Shown one piece after another: positions 18,356-28,808 of a stretch of 64,000 bases of DNA. Source of the DNA: an uncultured candidate division Zixibacteria bacterium (GTDB taxonomy: Bacteria > Zixibacteria > MSB-5A5 > UBA10806 > 4484-95); the NCBI GenBank assembly GCA_963668625.2, contig CAXXKA010000010.1, forward strand, positions 192,001 through 256,000, written 5' to 3'. Every line of letters starts with the position of its first letter. Position 1 is the stretch's first letter. The notes under the pieces are model-generated. The model was not told where the DNA came from. It ran no database searches and saw only the letters and a list, made by a program, of their open reading frames with translations. A program made the position numbers and the translations under genes.

Positions 18356-21085
18356 ATGCGGAAATTACTCGTAGGAATTTTGGGGCTCGTGTTTGGTTTT
18401 AGCCTATCGGCTAATGCTGCGATTTTTTATGTCTCGGTTAGTGGTGATGATAACAGCGGGGACGGCTCACAGGCCAGCCCCTGGCAGCATATTCAATATG
18501 GTATAAACCAGTCGGACGATTTGGATACGGTTTATGTGATGCCTGGTACTTACGCCGAGCATCTCGATTTTAATGGTGAAAATGTGTCGGTTATTGGATT
18601 AGAAGGCGCTTCGAATACCATAATCACCCGAGAATCTCAGGATGCCCCATTGGTGAAATACAATAATGGTGAAACGCAAGATGCTATTCTACAGGGATTT
18701 ACGATTCATAATTCCACCTCAACAGGCATTTATATCAATTCGGCTTCTCCTCATATAAGAGAGTGTATTATCGAAAACAATGGGGCTAGTGGTCTCTCCG
18801 GTGGTGGAGTCAGTATAGTCGGCGGTGGTGCCAGGCCGCTGATTCGAAAAAACATTATCAGGAATAACTCGGTTTACAATGGTTATTTCGGAGGTGGTAT
18901 TTATAGTAGTGGCAGTTATCCGTTGATTGACTCTAATTATGTATTTTCAAACCAGTGTCCTGGGGATGGCGGAGCTATTTTCGTGCAAGGAGGATCAATA
19001 ACCCTCGATCATAATGTTATTTATCAAAATATGGGAAGTGATGAGGGCGTTGTGGTTCTTTCGGCGGTGATGGATGGTTTAATTTCGAATAATACTGTTT
19101 ATAATAATAATGTCGGGAGGTATTCCGGAGGGATTTTGCTCGGCAATGGTAGTAGTAACATAGAAATCAAAAATAACATTTTTACTGAAAACGATCAATA
19201 CGGTGTATATGTCCATTCAGGTTCTGAAAATGTACTCATAAGCTATAACTGTTTCTATAATAACGAGGCTGGCAGCATACATGGCTATACCCAGGGGCCC
19301 GGTAATATTTTCTATGATCCTTTATTGGTCGACGCCCCTAACGGCGATTTCAGGCTTACTTCCGAATCGCCATGTATCGATGCCGGTGATCCGGCTTTCG
19401 GTACCGACCCTGATGGGTCTCCAATCGATATTGGGGCGATATTTTATGGCACGATTCCACCGGATTTAGCTATCCAAATACTCGAAGCCTATGGCGAACA
19501 AGGGCAAAATACGGATGTCGATATAACAGTCTTAGGTTTTTCCTCGATTGACGTTAGCGGTCTGGAATTTCATATTAGCTACGATGATGAATGTCTCGAA
19601 TTCGTTTCGTTCACGAGCGAGTATCTGGGCGACGCGTTAACCAATGTTGAAAACGGTACGATTCATATTATCTGGGAGGATTATGAAACTCCCCGGTCTT
19701 TCGATGAGGAAAGTGTGCTTTTCAATTTGGAATTCACCGTACTCGCCGATTACGGTACCGACTGTGCTATCGAATGGCAGGACAATTGTGAGATTGTCGA
19801 TGAAGTCGGTCAACCAATCGCAGCTCCGGTATATCTTGATGGTATCGTTCATTCGACCGCGATTAGAAGCGTAAGTGGCCAATTGATTTATTACGATTTA
19901 GTAAGCCCTATCGTGGATGCCGACATGTATATAGAGGGTGAAGTCATTTCCAATGAAACAGTCTCCGGTGAGGATGGAACTTACGGCTTTAATAACCTGA
20001 TATCAGGCGACTATTCGGTTACTGCATCAAAGGTAACTGATGATGCCGGTATAACGGTTAACGATATCATCCTTATACGTAGAGAGATTGTCAATTTGGA
20101 GGCGTTCGATAATCCCCTGAAATTTATTGCCGCGGATGTCAATAAATCAGGCTTTGTCAGTATCGCGGATGTCATCAAATTACGTCGTTATTTGGCCGAC
20201 CTCGAGGAACTGGCTGAAGGCAACTGGGTTTTCGTCGATTCAACGTTCGAGGTAGATGAGATGAACTGGTTTGATGCTCCCGGTTATCGGGATATCGCGA
20301 TTGTCGAAGACGATATCGTAGGTATTAGCTTCATCGGTGTTCGTCTCGGTGATGTCGACATGTCGTTCGGCGGGGCTAGAAGCTCGCTGATTTGCCTGGA
20401 TGATTCGGTATCGATTAACCTCAATACTGTCAATTGCCGTCCGGGTAACACCGTGACAATGCCTGTTACTACGACCGGTTTCAGCGATGTCGCAGGTGTG
20501 GAGATTCACATCAGCTACCCGTTGGATGCCATCTCCGAGGTTACGCTAAACTCCGAGGTTATCGAGCCCACTGCCAATGCCGGCAACGGTTATATCCACC
20601 TGGTATGGGATGATATTTTCAATCCGCTAGAACTGGATGATTTTGATGATATGCTCAACATCGATTTTACGGTTGCCGAGGGCGCGCCGGATACGGTAGA
20701 GATATCTTTCACAGGTTCGTATATCTGTAACGAGTATGGTGATGATTTTATTGTTGGATTGTATGATGGCTATATCTGCACCAATGTCACGGGTGTGGAT
20801 GACGAGACAAGCCCGTTGCCAACCTCGTACATGTTGAGCCAAAATTACCCTAATCCATTCAACGCGGCCACCGAGATAGCATTCGAGCTTCCGCAACAGA
20901 CCAGTGTTAATCTGGTTATTTACGATATACAGGGGCGCGAGGTAGTGACTTTACTTGATACGGATATGCCTGCCGGCGTACACCAGGTAAACTGGAACGC
21001 CACGTCTTATCCCTCCGGTATTTACCTGTACAAGTTAACGACAGGCGAATTCAGCGAGGCCAAGAAAATGCTTCTGTTAAAATAG
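18356..21085 (+). CDS. secreted beta-helix + cohesin + dockerin + cohesin + C-terminal sorting domain protein
   Basis: YVS..GDD..GDGS...PW..IQ; parallel beta-helix repeats; SPCIDAGDP; cohesin-like GLEFHISYD; ADVNKSG dockerin; QNYPNPFN...KMLLLK. Confidence 0.85.
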   Translation: MRKLLVGILGLVFGFSLSANAAIFYVSVSGDDNSGDGSQASPWQHIQYGINQSDDLDTVYVMPGTYAEHLDFNGENVSVIGLEGASNTIITRESQDAPLVKYNNGETQDAILQGFTIHNSTSTGIYINSASPHIRECIIENNGASGLSGGGVSIVGGGARPLIRKNIIRNNSVYNGYFGGGIYSSGSYPLIDSNYVFSNQCPGDGGAIFVQGGSITLDHNVIYQNMGSDEGVVVLSAVMDGLISNNTVYNNNVGRYSGGILLGNGSSNIEIKNNIFTENDQYGVYVHSGSENVLISYNCFYNNEAGSIHGYTQGPGNIFYDPLLVDAPNGDFRLTSESPCIDAGDPAFGTDPDGSPIDIGAIFYGTIPPDLAIQILEAYGEQGQNTDVDITVLGFSSIDVSGLEFHISYDDECLEFVSFTSEYLGDALTNVENGTIHIIWEDYETPRSFDEESVLFNLEFTVLADYGTDCAIEWQDNCEIVDEVGQPIAAPVYLDGIVHSTAIRSVSGQLIYYDLVSPIVDADMYIEGEVISNETVSGEDGTYGFNNLISGDYSVTASKVTDDAGITVNDIILIRREIVNLEAFDNPLKFIAADVNKSGFVSIADVIKLRRYLADLEELAEGNWVFVDSTFEVDEMNWFDAPGYRDIAIVEDDIVGISFIGVRLGDVDMSFGGARSSLICLDDSVSINLNTVNCRPGNTVTMPVTTTGFSDVAGVEIHISYPLDAISEVTLNSEVIEPTANAGNGYIHLVWDDIFNPLELDDFDDMLNIDFTVAEGAPDTVEISFTGSYICNEYGDDFIVGLYDGYICTNVTGVDDETSPLPTSYMLSQNYPNPFNAATEIAFELPQQTSVNLVIYDIQGREVVTLLDTDMPAGVHQVNWNATSYPSGIYLYKLTTGEFSEAKKMLLLK

Positions 21086-21106
21086 TTAAGAAGAAAATAA
21101 AGATAA

Positions 21107-21140
21107 TAAAAGGCGGTCGATTAGTTTCGGCCGCCTTTTT
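21107..21140. terminator. bidirectional Rho-independent terminator
   Basis: AAAAAGGCGGTCGA-TTAGTT-TCGGCCGCCTTTTT between convergent genes. Confidence 0.8.
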
Positions 21141-21150
21141 GATTGATTCT

Positions 21151-21183
21151 AAAAACCGCCGGTTTAGCCGGTGGTAGTTTACT
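21151..21183 (+). repeat. IS200/IS605-end-like palindrome (PATE-like)
   Basis: ACCGCCGGTTTAGCCGGTGGTAGTTTACT. Related copies at 39775-39809 and 42668-42700, and a degenerate one near 39185. Confidence 0.5.
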
Positions 21184-21315
21184 ATGTTTATCCCCCCTGG
21201 TTTCAAAGCGCCGCTTTGGAGCCTGCACGATAGCTAAAGAAGTAAATTATTCTACTTCTAATTAAACTCTTAACCAAGCAGCGTTTCGTATAAGGAGGCG
21301 AACAAACTGTTAGGC

Positions 21316-22857
21316 TCAGTGCTTGAAATGTCTCATTCCCGAAAATACCATTGCGATACCGGCATTGTCTGCGGCGGCGATAACATCTGGATCGCCCTTG
21401 GAGCCGCCCGGTTGAATTACCGCTTTAACGCCCGCCTCGGTAAGCACCTCCAGGCCGTCAGGCATAGGGAAGAAAGCATCACTGGCGGCGACCGCGCCCT
21501 TGGCCCGCTCACCGGCCTTGCGTACCGCTATCATCGAGCTATCCACGCGGCTGGTCTGTCCCATACCTATACCGACCGTAGCGCCATCCTTACAGATTAG
21601 CACGGCATTCGATTTCACATGTTTGACCATCTTGAAACCGAATAGCAGATCATCGATTTGACCGGGAGTAGCTTCCGTTTTCGTGGCGTTTTTCAGGTTA
21701 TCCGGCGATGGCTCTTCGATATCACGGGATTGCAGAAGTGCGCCGCCCAGTATTCTACGGGTTTCGAAGTAAGAGTTATCGGGTGGTTTCAAATCGCCCA
21801 CCGCTATGAGCCGCCTGGCTTTTTTCTTCTTCATCAATTTTAACGCTTCCGGTTCATAATCCGGCGCTATGATACATTCCACGAAATGCGTGTCGTGCAG
21901 AAGTTGAGCGGTCTCCATGTCGACGATGCGATTCAAACCGATGATAGAGCCGAAAGCCGAGAGTGGATCGGATTCGAGCGCCTTGTGGTATGCCTCGGCA
22001 AGCGTTTTGCCGACCGCCGCGCCGCAGGGGTTGGTATGCTTTATGACGGTCGCGAACGGCTCGTCGAAATCCAATATCATCTGTAAAGCGGCTTCCAAAT
22101 CCCAGAGGTTGTTAAACGACAGTTCTTTGCCCGAAAGCACCCGGGCCTCGGCCAGCGAGGTGAAAGCGTATGACGGTTCGGTATAAAGCGCGGCTTGTTG
22201 ATGAGGATTTTCGCCGTAGCGCAGCGTATTTTTCATCCTGAAATTAAGATTGAACGATTTAGGGAATACCGATTCGGATTCATTTCCCTGTCTGTTCAGA
22301 TATTCGGTGATCGCGTTATCATAAGCGCTGGTTCTGGCAAATGTTTTGGCGGCCATCAGCAGACGATACTCATCGGTGGTAGCGCCATTGTTGGCCTCCA
22401 TGATCTCCATCAGGCTGTCGTAGTCGATAGGATCGCAGATCACTGTTACCCGTGGATGATTTTTAGCCGAGGCACGAAGCATGGCCGGGCCGCCGATATC
22501 GATATTTTCCAACGCCTCGGATAAATTAGCGCCGGAGGATACCACCTGCTCGAACGGGTAGAGATTGACCACCACCAGATCGAACGGTCGTATATTCAAA
22601 CCTGCCAACTCGTTTAACTGATCCTCGCGAGCCAGTATTCCGGCGTGAACGTTCGGGTGAAGAGTTTTCACTCGTCCGCCCAGTATCTCGCCGGCTCCGG
22701 TCAGGTCGGTAACTTTCGTAACTTCGATACCTGCCTCGGAAAGCTTCTTGAAAGTCCCCCCGGAGGAGACTATCTCCACACCTTTTTCCTGAAGGAATCC
22801 GGCCAGTTTTTCAACGCCGGTTTTGTCGTAAACGGAAATTAACGCGCGTTTGATCAT
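21316..22857 (-). CDS. purH: bifunctional AICAR formyltransferase / IMP cyclohydrolase
   Basis: RALISVYDK, GRVKTLHP, IDIGGP, RYGENPHQ, ASDAFFP and RHFKH. Confidence 0.98.
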   Translation of the reverse strand: MIKRALISVYDKTGVEKLAGFLQEKGVEIVSSGGTFKKLSEAGIEVTKVTDLTGAGEILGGRVKTLHPNVHAGILAREDQLNELAGLNIRPFDLVVVNLYPFEQVVSSGANLSEALENIDIGGPAMLRASAKNHPRVTVICDPIDYDSLMEIMEANNGATTDEYRLLMAAKTFARTSAYDNAITEYLNRQGNESESVFPKSFNLNFRMKNTLRYGENPHQQAALYTEPSYAFTSLAEARVLSGKELSFNNLWDLEAALQMILDFDEPFATVIKHTNPCGAAVGKTLAEAYHKALESDPLSAFGSIIGLNRIVDMETAQLLHDTHFVECIIAPDYEPEALKLMKKKKARRLIAVGDLKPPDNSYFETRRILGGALLQSRDIEEPSPDNLKNATKTEATPGQIDDLLFGFKMVKHVKSNAVLICKDGATVGIGMGQTSRVDSSMIAVRKAGERAKGAVAASDAFFPMPDGLEVLTEAGVKAVIQPGGSKGDPDVIAAADNAGIAMVFSGMRHFKH

Positions 22858-23753
22858 AAATCCCTCCCGGTCAGTTTGCGATGCGCTTCTTTGTATTTAG
22901 CCAGGGTATTCTCGATAATATCCTCCGGCAGCGAGGGCGGTTCCGAGTTCTTATCCCAGTCAGAGTTGGAAAGGTAGTCGCGGACGAATTGCTTGTCGTA
23001 GCTTTCGGGATTTTTACCCGGCTCGTAGGTTTCCGCAGGCCAGAACCTCGATGAATCGGGCGAGAGTATCTCATCGATAATGATAATTTTATCATCGATG
23101 AAACCGAATTCGAACTTGGTGTCGGCAATGATGATACCTTTGGTCAGAGCGTAGTCGGCGGCTTTGGAATACAAATCTATAGTCAGCTTGCCGAGTTTCG
23201 CGGTCAGTTCCGCGCCAACCAACTCCTCCATCCTGGCGATACTGATGTTTTCATCATGACCGCTTTCGGCTTTAGTCGAGGGCGTGAATATCGGTTGTGG
23301 CAGTTTATCGGCCAGCTTAAGGTCATCCGGTAGTATGTTGCCGTGAAGGTTTACCTTGCCGTTTTCAGACACTAGTTTCTTGTAGTCTTTATAGCCCGAA
23401 CCGATGATATACCCCCTGGCGATACATTCGATATCGATACGTTTGGCTTTGCGGACGATCATGGAACGCCCCTCGAGTTGATCACGATACTGTTTCAGCT
23501 CCTCGGGGTATCGATCGATATCAGCCGTCACCAGATGATTATCTACGATATCTTTCAAGTAGTCGAACCAGAAAACTGACATCGAGGTGAGGATTTTCCC
23601 GCGGTCGGGAATAGCATCGGGCAACACCCAATCGAACGCCGAGAGGCGGTCGGTGGCGATAAACAGAAGCTGATCGCCCAGGTCGTAAATATCGCGGACT
23701 TTTCCCCGGTTGGCGAGCTTTATCGTCCCCAAATCGGTTTGCATCACGCTCAT
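22854..23753 (-). CDS. purC: SAICAR synthase
   Basis: GKVRDIY, TDRLSAFD, ADTKFEFG, SPDSSRFW and DKQFVR. Confidence 0.97.
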   Translation of the reverse strand: MSVMQTDLGTIKLANRGKVRDIYDLGDQLLFIATDRLSAFDWVLPDAIPDRGKILTSMSVFWFDYLKDIVDNHLVTADIDRYPEELKQYRDQLEGRSMIVRKAKRIDIECIARGYIIGSGYKDYKKLVSENGKVNLHGNILPDDLKLADKLPQPIFTPSTKAESGHDENISIARMEELVGAELTAKLGKLTIDLYSKAADYALTKGIIIADTKFEFGFIDDKIIIIDEILSPDSSRFWPAETYEPGKNPESYDKQFVRDYLSNSDWDKNSEPPSLPEDIIENTLAKYKEAHRKLTGRDL

Positions 23754-25228
23754 TCGGTCCCCCTGTAGTTATAACATTTGAATATATAAAATTCAGTCAC
23801 TTTCTTTCCGCCTTTTACTATTAACACCGTTTCCGGCCCCTCGACTCTTTCGAAAAATCGTTCGAGGCCGTCATTGTAGCTCTTCCTTTTATCATAAACG
23901 AAAATACAGTTTTTTCCTATGAGAGTATCAGGATCACACCAGAAATCGTACTGTAAGCCATTTTTGCCTACTATATTATTAGAGACGGTTTCCGGTTGGC
24001 CATCCATGTAAAAACGAAGTTGCGAGGCTGTTTTGTATTCGTATCCACAAATGAATAATTCGCCGTCATTCTTCATCTCGCTTTCTATTTTTTCCACCCT
24101 GTCGGCCAGTTCCTGCCAGCCGGCGACAGTATCGCCTTTGCCGAACGTGAAATTAGGCAGAAGTATCAATACATGCGCCGCTATAGTGGCGGCTATAGAG
24201 AATACCAAAGCGAATTTGGCATATTTTTTCAGGAAAGCGTTTTTCGATTCGAAGAACAGCGCCACCGCCAACGGCAGGGCGGAGCTATAAGCCGGCGCGA
24301 TCCAGTTCATTTTGACATAGTGGATAAACGCCACGGCCGAGAAGAACACGACAGTCGGAACAGAATACCAGAAAAATAACGCCAGCCGTGAATCGTTTTT
24401 GATCATCTTTATCGCTTTAATGAAAGCCCAGATGAAAAGTGGAAACAGGAAGATAGCCAGTATACCGACCTGTGAGCCCAAGTAGCCGAAAAAATAATCG
24501 AATCGAATATTATGAACCTCTCCCGCGCGTCGTCCGCTTTGAAATCCGAAACTGGCCCAGTCGTGAGTGTAATTCCAGATTACCACGGGCAGGAATACTA
24601 TGAACGACACGATTGCCGCAACGTATGGCCCGGGTTTCAGCAGATGTTTTATTCTTTCTTTAGAGGTTATAAGGTATAGGGCCATACCCAGCCCGGCAAA
24701 GGCGGCGGTATATTTCGATACCATAGCGCAACCTAAAAATATGCCGGTCAAAATCCACCACTGCATACCGTTGCCGCCGGATTCCGATCGGCCGATCTTA
24801 TCCGCTCGATAGAGCGTAAACATGGAAAGCATCCAGAACAGCAGCAGTGGGCCATCGGGGGTGATAACCAGCCCCCCGAGCGCGAATATGAACGTGGTCA
24901 GGCCGATAACCACTGTCCAGAAAGCGATACGCGAATCGAACATTGCCCGCGTGAAATAGTACATTACCAGCGCGAGCATGAACGAGACGAAGATCGCCGC
25001 GAAATGGATGCCGAAATTGTTATCGCCGAACAACCCGGTGAAAAACAATATCAGGTAAGCCGCCATCGGGGGATGGTCGAAATACGATAGATCGGGATGC
25101 TGCGAGTAATTCCAGTAGTACGACTCCTGCGGTGCGACACCGAGGAATATCGCCATTATCATCCTTACTACGGTAACCCCTATTAAGAGATACCATACGT
25201 ACCTGTTATATTTACTGATAGAATCCAA
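23750..25228 (-). CDS. glycosyltransferase family 39 (ArnT/PMT-like) membrane protein
   Basis: ESYYWNYS..PDLSYFDHPP, ITPDGP, SKYT and PVVIWN. Start probably TTG 25228 (the ORF track extends to 25276). Confidence 0.85.
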   Translation of the reverse strand: MDSISKYNRYVWYLLIGVTVVRMIMAIFLGVAPQESYYWNYSQHPDLSYFDHPPMAAYLILFFTGLFGDNNFGIHFAAIFVSFMLALVMYYFTRAMFDSRIAFWTVVIGLTTFIFALGGLVITPDGPLLLFWMLSMFTLYRADKIGRSESGGNGMQWWILTGIFLGCAMVSKYTAAFAGLGMALYLITSKERIKHLLKPGPYVAAIVSFIVFLPVVIWNYTHDWASFGFQSGRRAGEVHNIRFDYFFGYLGSQVGILAIFLFPLFIWAFIKAIKMIKNDSRLALFFWYSVPTVVFFSAVAFIHYVKMNWIAPAYSSALPLAVALFFESKNAFLKKYAKFALVFSIAATIAAHVLILLPNFTFGKGDTVAGWQELADRVEKIESEMKNDGELFICGYEYKTASQLRFYMDGQPETVSNNIVGKNGLQYDFWCDPDTLIGKNCIFVYDKRKSYNDGLERFFERVEGPETVLIVKGGKKVTEFYIFKCYNYRGTE

Positions 25229-26792
25229 GGCTGAATAAATTCTCCGTTCCGAAAGATAAATACCAATTGTCCTCATCCAACGCCCTGGCCAGATCGAGTC
25301 TTATGACCCGGGCTGTCGAGGATTTATTCAAACTAAGTCTCAGGCCAACCCCGATATCGGTTTTCAATTCTTTGAACCTGATATTCTCATCCCTGCGCCA
25401 AACGTTTCCAGCATCGAAAAAAGCGGCAGTACCCAGGCCTATGGTGAGAATTCGAATGGGGGTGAATATCTTATATTCTATGTTCGTTAAAAACCTTTTC
25501 GAGCCGCTCAGGTAGCGATCGGGGTAACCTCGTAGTCCGCTATCTCCTCCCAGCGTAAGTTGGAATACCGACTTTTGCCGCCAGGCGTACGTGGATATCA
25601 TGCGTATTGCCAGTAGTTGATACCGGCTCGGTTTAAAATAAACTATTCCCCTCATAGTGTTGGATATCCGGTCACGCCTCAAATCGCCGTCATAGTAACT
25701 GCCATAGCTGTTTTTATAACCGACATATAAGCTGCTTGTAGGTCTGCAGAAGAAACTGAAATCGACTGTTGCCGAGGTTAAGTTACTGGTGCCACCGAAA
25801 GTAGAGCCCGACCATAAGATCGTCGTGGTTAGCGTGGCGTGCTCGGTCAAATCCTCGATAGTGCCGAATTGATCGAGATATTTACCGGTGATATAACGGC
25901 GGGTCTGAATCCTGAAACCCGCGCCGGGACCGCTGAAAGTCTCATTCTCCGGGATTACGCCGATATCCGGGTAAGAGTTGTACAGGCCGTAATCGTAGTC
26001 GCTATAATTATAGAAAACGTACGGTTCTATCCGGTGATATCTGCCGAACGCCCGGCCGAAACTTATATCCACATGTTTGTAAGCTTTGTCGTAACGGTAA
26101 TATTCGTTTCCCTGATTGTAAAGACGCGGTATTAGCTTATCATCATTGATATTTATGGCATAAGTATATCTGGTATCCAGCGAGTAAAACGGCCTGTTGA
26201 TCGTAAGGATGCGCTGGTTGACGAATTCGAAATCGCTATAATATAACTGTACGCTGTTGTGGCTGTTTAAAAATCTCGGATCATAAGCTCGCACCAGAAA
26301 ACCATCGTTTTCATCGGAATTGAACGTGGCGTCGACCTCTATACCGACACCCAGTCCGGCGATATTCTTTTCCTCGGCATAGGCCGTAATGCTATAAAAA
26401 CCGCCGCCGCCTTCGGTCGATAGTCCCGCTACCGTTGTCCAGAGATCCTCTGTGGTTATCTTGATATCAATCGAGTCGGCGCCGACCTCGTGAGTTTCAG
26501 CTACCGCCTCTCCGATAAATTCGAGCGAACGGAGATTGCGCATGCTTTCGGTCAGGAGTTCTTTATCGAACGTATCGCCTCGTTCCAGCAATATCTCACG
26601 GCGAATCACTTTTTCTCGGGTTACTACGTGAAGGCTGTTAGCTACCTTAAACGGCATGTAGTATCTTTTGTCGAGTTCTCTGTCGAAAACGTTTTTACGA
26701 ACTATTTCAATTTTGCGCACGTATTTTTCGGCGTACGCGTGGGTGTGGCATACAACTGTAATCAGGGTTATCAGTATCGCAAAGAGTTTCAT
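25212..26792 (-). CDS. Omp85/BamA-TamA family outer-membrane protein (POTRA + barrel)
   Basis: TREKVIRRE..L..GD...ESMRNLR POTRA; LGGDSGLRGY; FFDAG; DIGVGLR; IRLDLA. Confidence 0.85.
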   Translation of the reverse strand: MKLFAILITLITVVCHTHAYAEKYVRKIEIVRKNVFDRELDKRYYMPFKVANSLHVVTREKVIRREILLERGDTFDKELLTESMRNLRSLEFIGEAVAETHEVGADSIDIKITTEDLWTTVAGLSTEGGGGFYSITAYAEEKNIAGLGVGIEVDATFNSDENDGFLVRAYDPRFLNSHNSVQLYYSDFEFVNQRILTINRPFYSLDTRYTYAININDDKLIPRLYNQGNEYYRYDKAYKHVDISFGRAFGRYHRIEPYVFYNYSDYDYGLYNSYPDIGVIPENETFSGPGAGFRIQTRRYITGKYLDQFGTIEDLTEHATLTTTILWSGSTFGGTSNLTSATVDFSFFCRPTSSLYVGYKNSYGSYYDGDLRRDRISNTMRGIVYFKPSRYQLLAIRMISTYAWRQKSVFQLTLGGDSGLRGYPDRYLSGSKRFLTNIEYKIFTPIRILTIGLGTAAFFDAGNVWRRDENIRFKELKTDIGVGLRLSLNKSSTARVIRLDLARALDEDNWYLSFGTENLFSLGFYQ

Positions 26793-27370
26793 TTTATAAA
26801 TAGCGAAACCGCTTGCGGCAGTATCCGATGTTCGATTTCGAGGACACGGGCTGCCAGTGTCTCGATCGTATCATTGGCCATAACCGGTACCCGGCGTTGT
26901 ATCAGTATCGGCCCGTTATCGTATTTCTCATCGACGACATGTACTGTTGCCCCGGAGTACTTTTCGCCGGCCTCGAGAACCGCCCTGTGGACATTAGAAC
27001 CGTACATTCCTTTACCGCCGTATTTTGGCAATAAGGCGGGATGAATATTTATCACTTTTCCGTAATACAGTTTCAGTATCTCCCCGGGTATCATTTTCAT
27101 GTAACCGGCCAGTACTATCAAGTCGATTTCGTGATCGTTCAATATCTGTTTTAACGCCGTGATATAGTCGGCGTTATCAGGATAAACGACTTTGCTTACA
27201 TGAAATGTTTCGATACCGGCTTTACGGGCGCGTTCGAGACCGTAAGCTTTTGAATTGTTGGAAATTACCGCCTTTATTTCGGCTTTAAAAGAGCCTTTAT
27301 CACAAACATCGATGAGCGATTGAAGGTTAGTACCTCCGCCCGATATGAAAACCGCCAGTTTAAGTATCAT
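26789..27370 (-). CDS. purN: phosphoribosylglycinamide formyltransferase
   Basis: SGGGTNLQ, LAGYM, NIHPALLP, GATVH.V and D.GPI. Confidence 0.97.
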   Translation of the reverse strand: MILKLAVFISGGGTNLQSLIDVCDKGSFKAEIKAVISNNSKAYGLERARKAGIETFHVSKVVYPDNADYITALKQILNDHEIDLIVLAGYMKMIPGEILKLYYGKVINIHPALLPKYGGKGMYGSNVHRAVLEAGEKYSGATVHVVDEKYDNGPILIQRRVPVMANDTIETLAARVLEIEHRILPQAVSLFIK

Positions 27371-28808
27371 CAGCCTTTAGCCTGTTTAACGCCTCTATCA
27401 GTAACTCGTTAACTACTCGCGGGTTGGCTTTGTTGCCCGTGGCTTTCATAACCTGTCCCACGAAATAACCGAAAATCCCGGATTTTCCGGAAAAATACAT
27501 TTTAACATTATCCTGATTATTAAACAATACTTTTTCGATAATAGCATCGATTTCGGCTTTATCTGATATCTGAGAAAGGTTTTCCTCTCCGATTATTTCA
27601 TCCGCCGATTTGCCCGACTCACTCATAAGATCATATACCTCCCGGGCTATAGTCGATGATACCTCCTGTCTGAAAAGTGATAGTAGCAGGCCGGCTAATC
27701 TTTTCGGGGACACCCGGTACAACTCGGAATTATCCTCTTTGCGATTATGGGGAAACTCGTTGATAAGCCAGTTGGCAACCTTTTGGGGCTGATCCGTTAT
27801 TTTAACGACAGCCTCGTAGTAATTGGCCAGGCTTTTGTTAACAGTCAGATCTTCGGCCTGATCGTTCCGCAGGCCATATTGCTTTTTGAACCGCTTCCGT
27901 TTATCTGTGGGAAGCTCGGGTAATTCGTTTTTTACTTTATCGAACCAATCATATTCTATCACCAGTGGCCGAAGGTCAGGCTCGGGGAAATAGCGATAGT
28001 CGGCGGCTCCCTCTTTTTCACGCATCGGTTCGGTTTTGTTTTCCGATTCGTTCCAGAGCATTGTTTGACGGGTTGCCTTTTGACCGATCTTCATATCAGC
28101 TACCTGTTTTTCAATCTCGTAATCGATTGCTTTTGCGGCGAATCGGAATGAGTTCATGTTTTTTATCTCGTGGCGAGGATAAAGATCATTATCGCCAACC
28201 CGGCGAACCGAAACGTTGACATCCCAGCGCAACGCCCCCTCCTGCATATTGCCCGTAGTGATATCGATATAAGTGGCTATCTGTTTCAGTTCATGAAGAA
28301 ACTCGTAGGCTTCACGGCTGTTACTCAAATCGGGTCCGGTTACCACCTCGATTAACGGAACGCCGGCGCGGTTGAAATCGATATACGAATTTTTGTCATC
28401 GATATCGTGAAATGATTTGCCCGCCTCCTCCTCGATATGAATCTCGCTTATACCGATAGCTTTCGTTTCGCCTGTAGCGGTGGTTATATTAACCGATCCA
28501 CCATGCGCCAAAGGCCTCTCGAATTGAGATATCTGGTAGCCTTTGGGAAGATCGGGGTAGAAATAATTTTTGCGGGCGAACGAACTGACTTGATTGAGCG
28601 AGGCGTTAACGGCGGCCACGAGCCTCATCGCGAATTCGACAGCCTGCCTGTTAAGTACCGGCAGTGCGCCGGGCATCCCCAAACACACCGGGCAGACACG
28701 GCTGTTGGGCGTATCACCATAAGCGGTCGGGCATCCGCAGAAAAGTTTGGTGATGGTCTTTAGCTGTATATGAACCTCCAGGCCTATGATGCTTTCGTAT
28801 TCAGTCAC
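27360..28808 (-). CDS. gatB: Asp-tRNA(Asn)/Glu-tRNA(Gln) amidotransferase subunit B
   Basis: IGLEVHIQL, RKNYFYPDLPKGYQISQ, DYRYFPEPDL and GQVMK. Confidence 0.97.
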   Translation of the reverse strand: MTEYESIIGLEVHIQLKTITKLFCGCPTAYGDTPNSRVCPVCLGMPGALPVLNRQAVEFAMRLVAAVNASLNQVSSFARKNYFYPDLPKGYQISQFERPLAHGGSVNITTATGETKAIGISEIHIEEEAGKSFHDIDDKNSYIDFNRAGVPLIEVVTGPDLSNSREAYEFLHELKQIATYIDITTGNMQEGALRWDVNVSVRRVGDNDLYPRHEIKNMNSFRFAAKAIDYEIEKQVADMKIGQKATRQTMLWNESENKTEPMREKEGAADYRYFPEPDLRPLVIEYDWFDKVKNELPELPTDKRKRFKKQYGLRNDQAEDLTVNKSLANYYEAVVKITDQPQKVANWLINEFPHNRKEDNSELYRVSPKRLAGLLLSLFRQEVSSTIAREVYDLMSESGKSADEIIGEENLSQISDKAEIDAIIEKVLFNNQDNVKMYFSGKSGIFGYFVGQVMKATGNKANPRVVNELLIEALNRLKADDT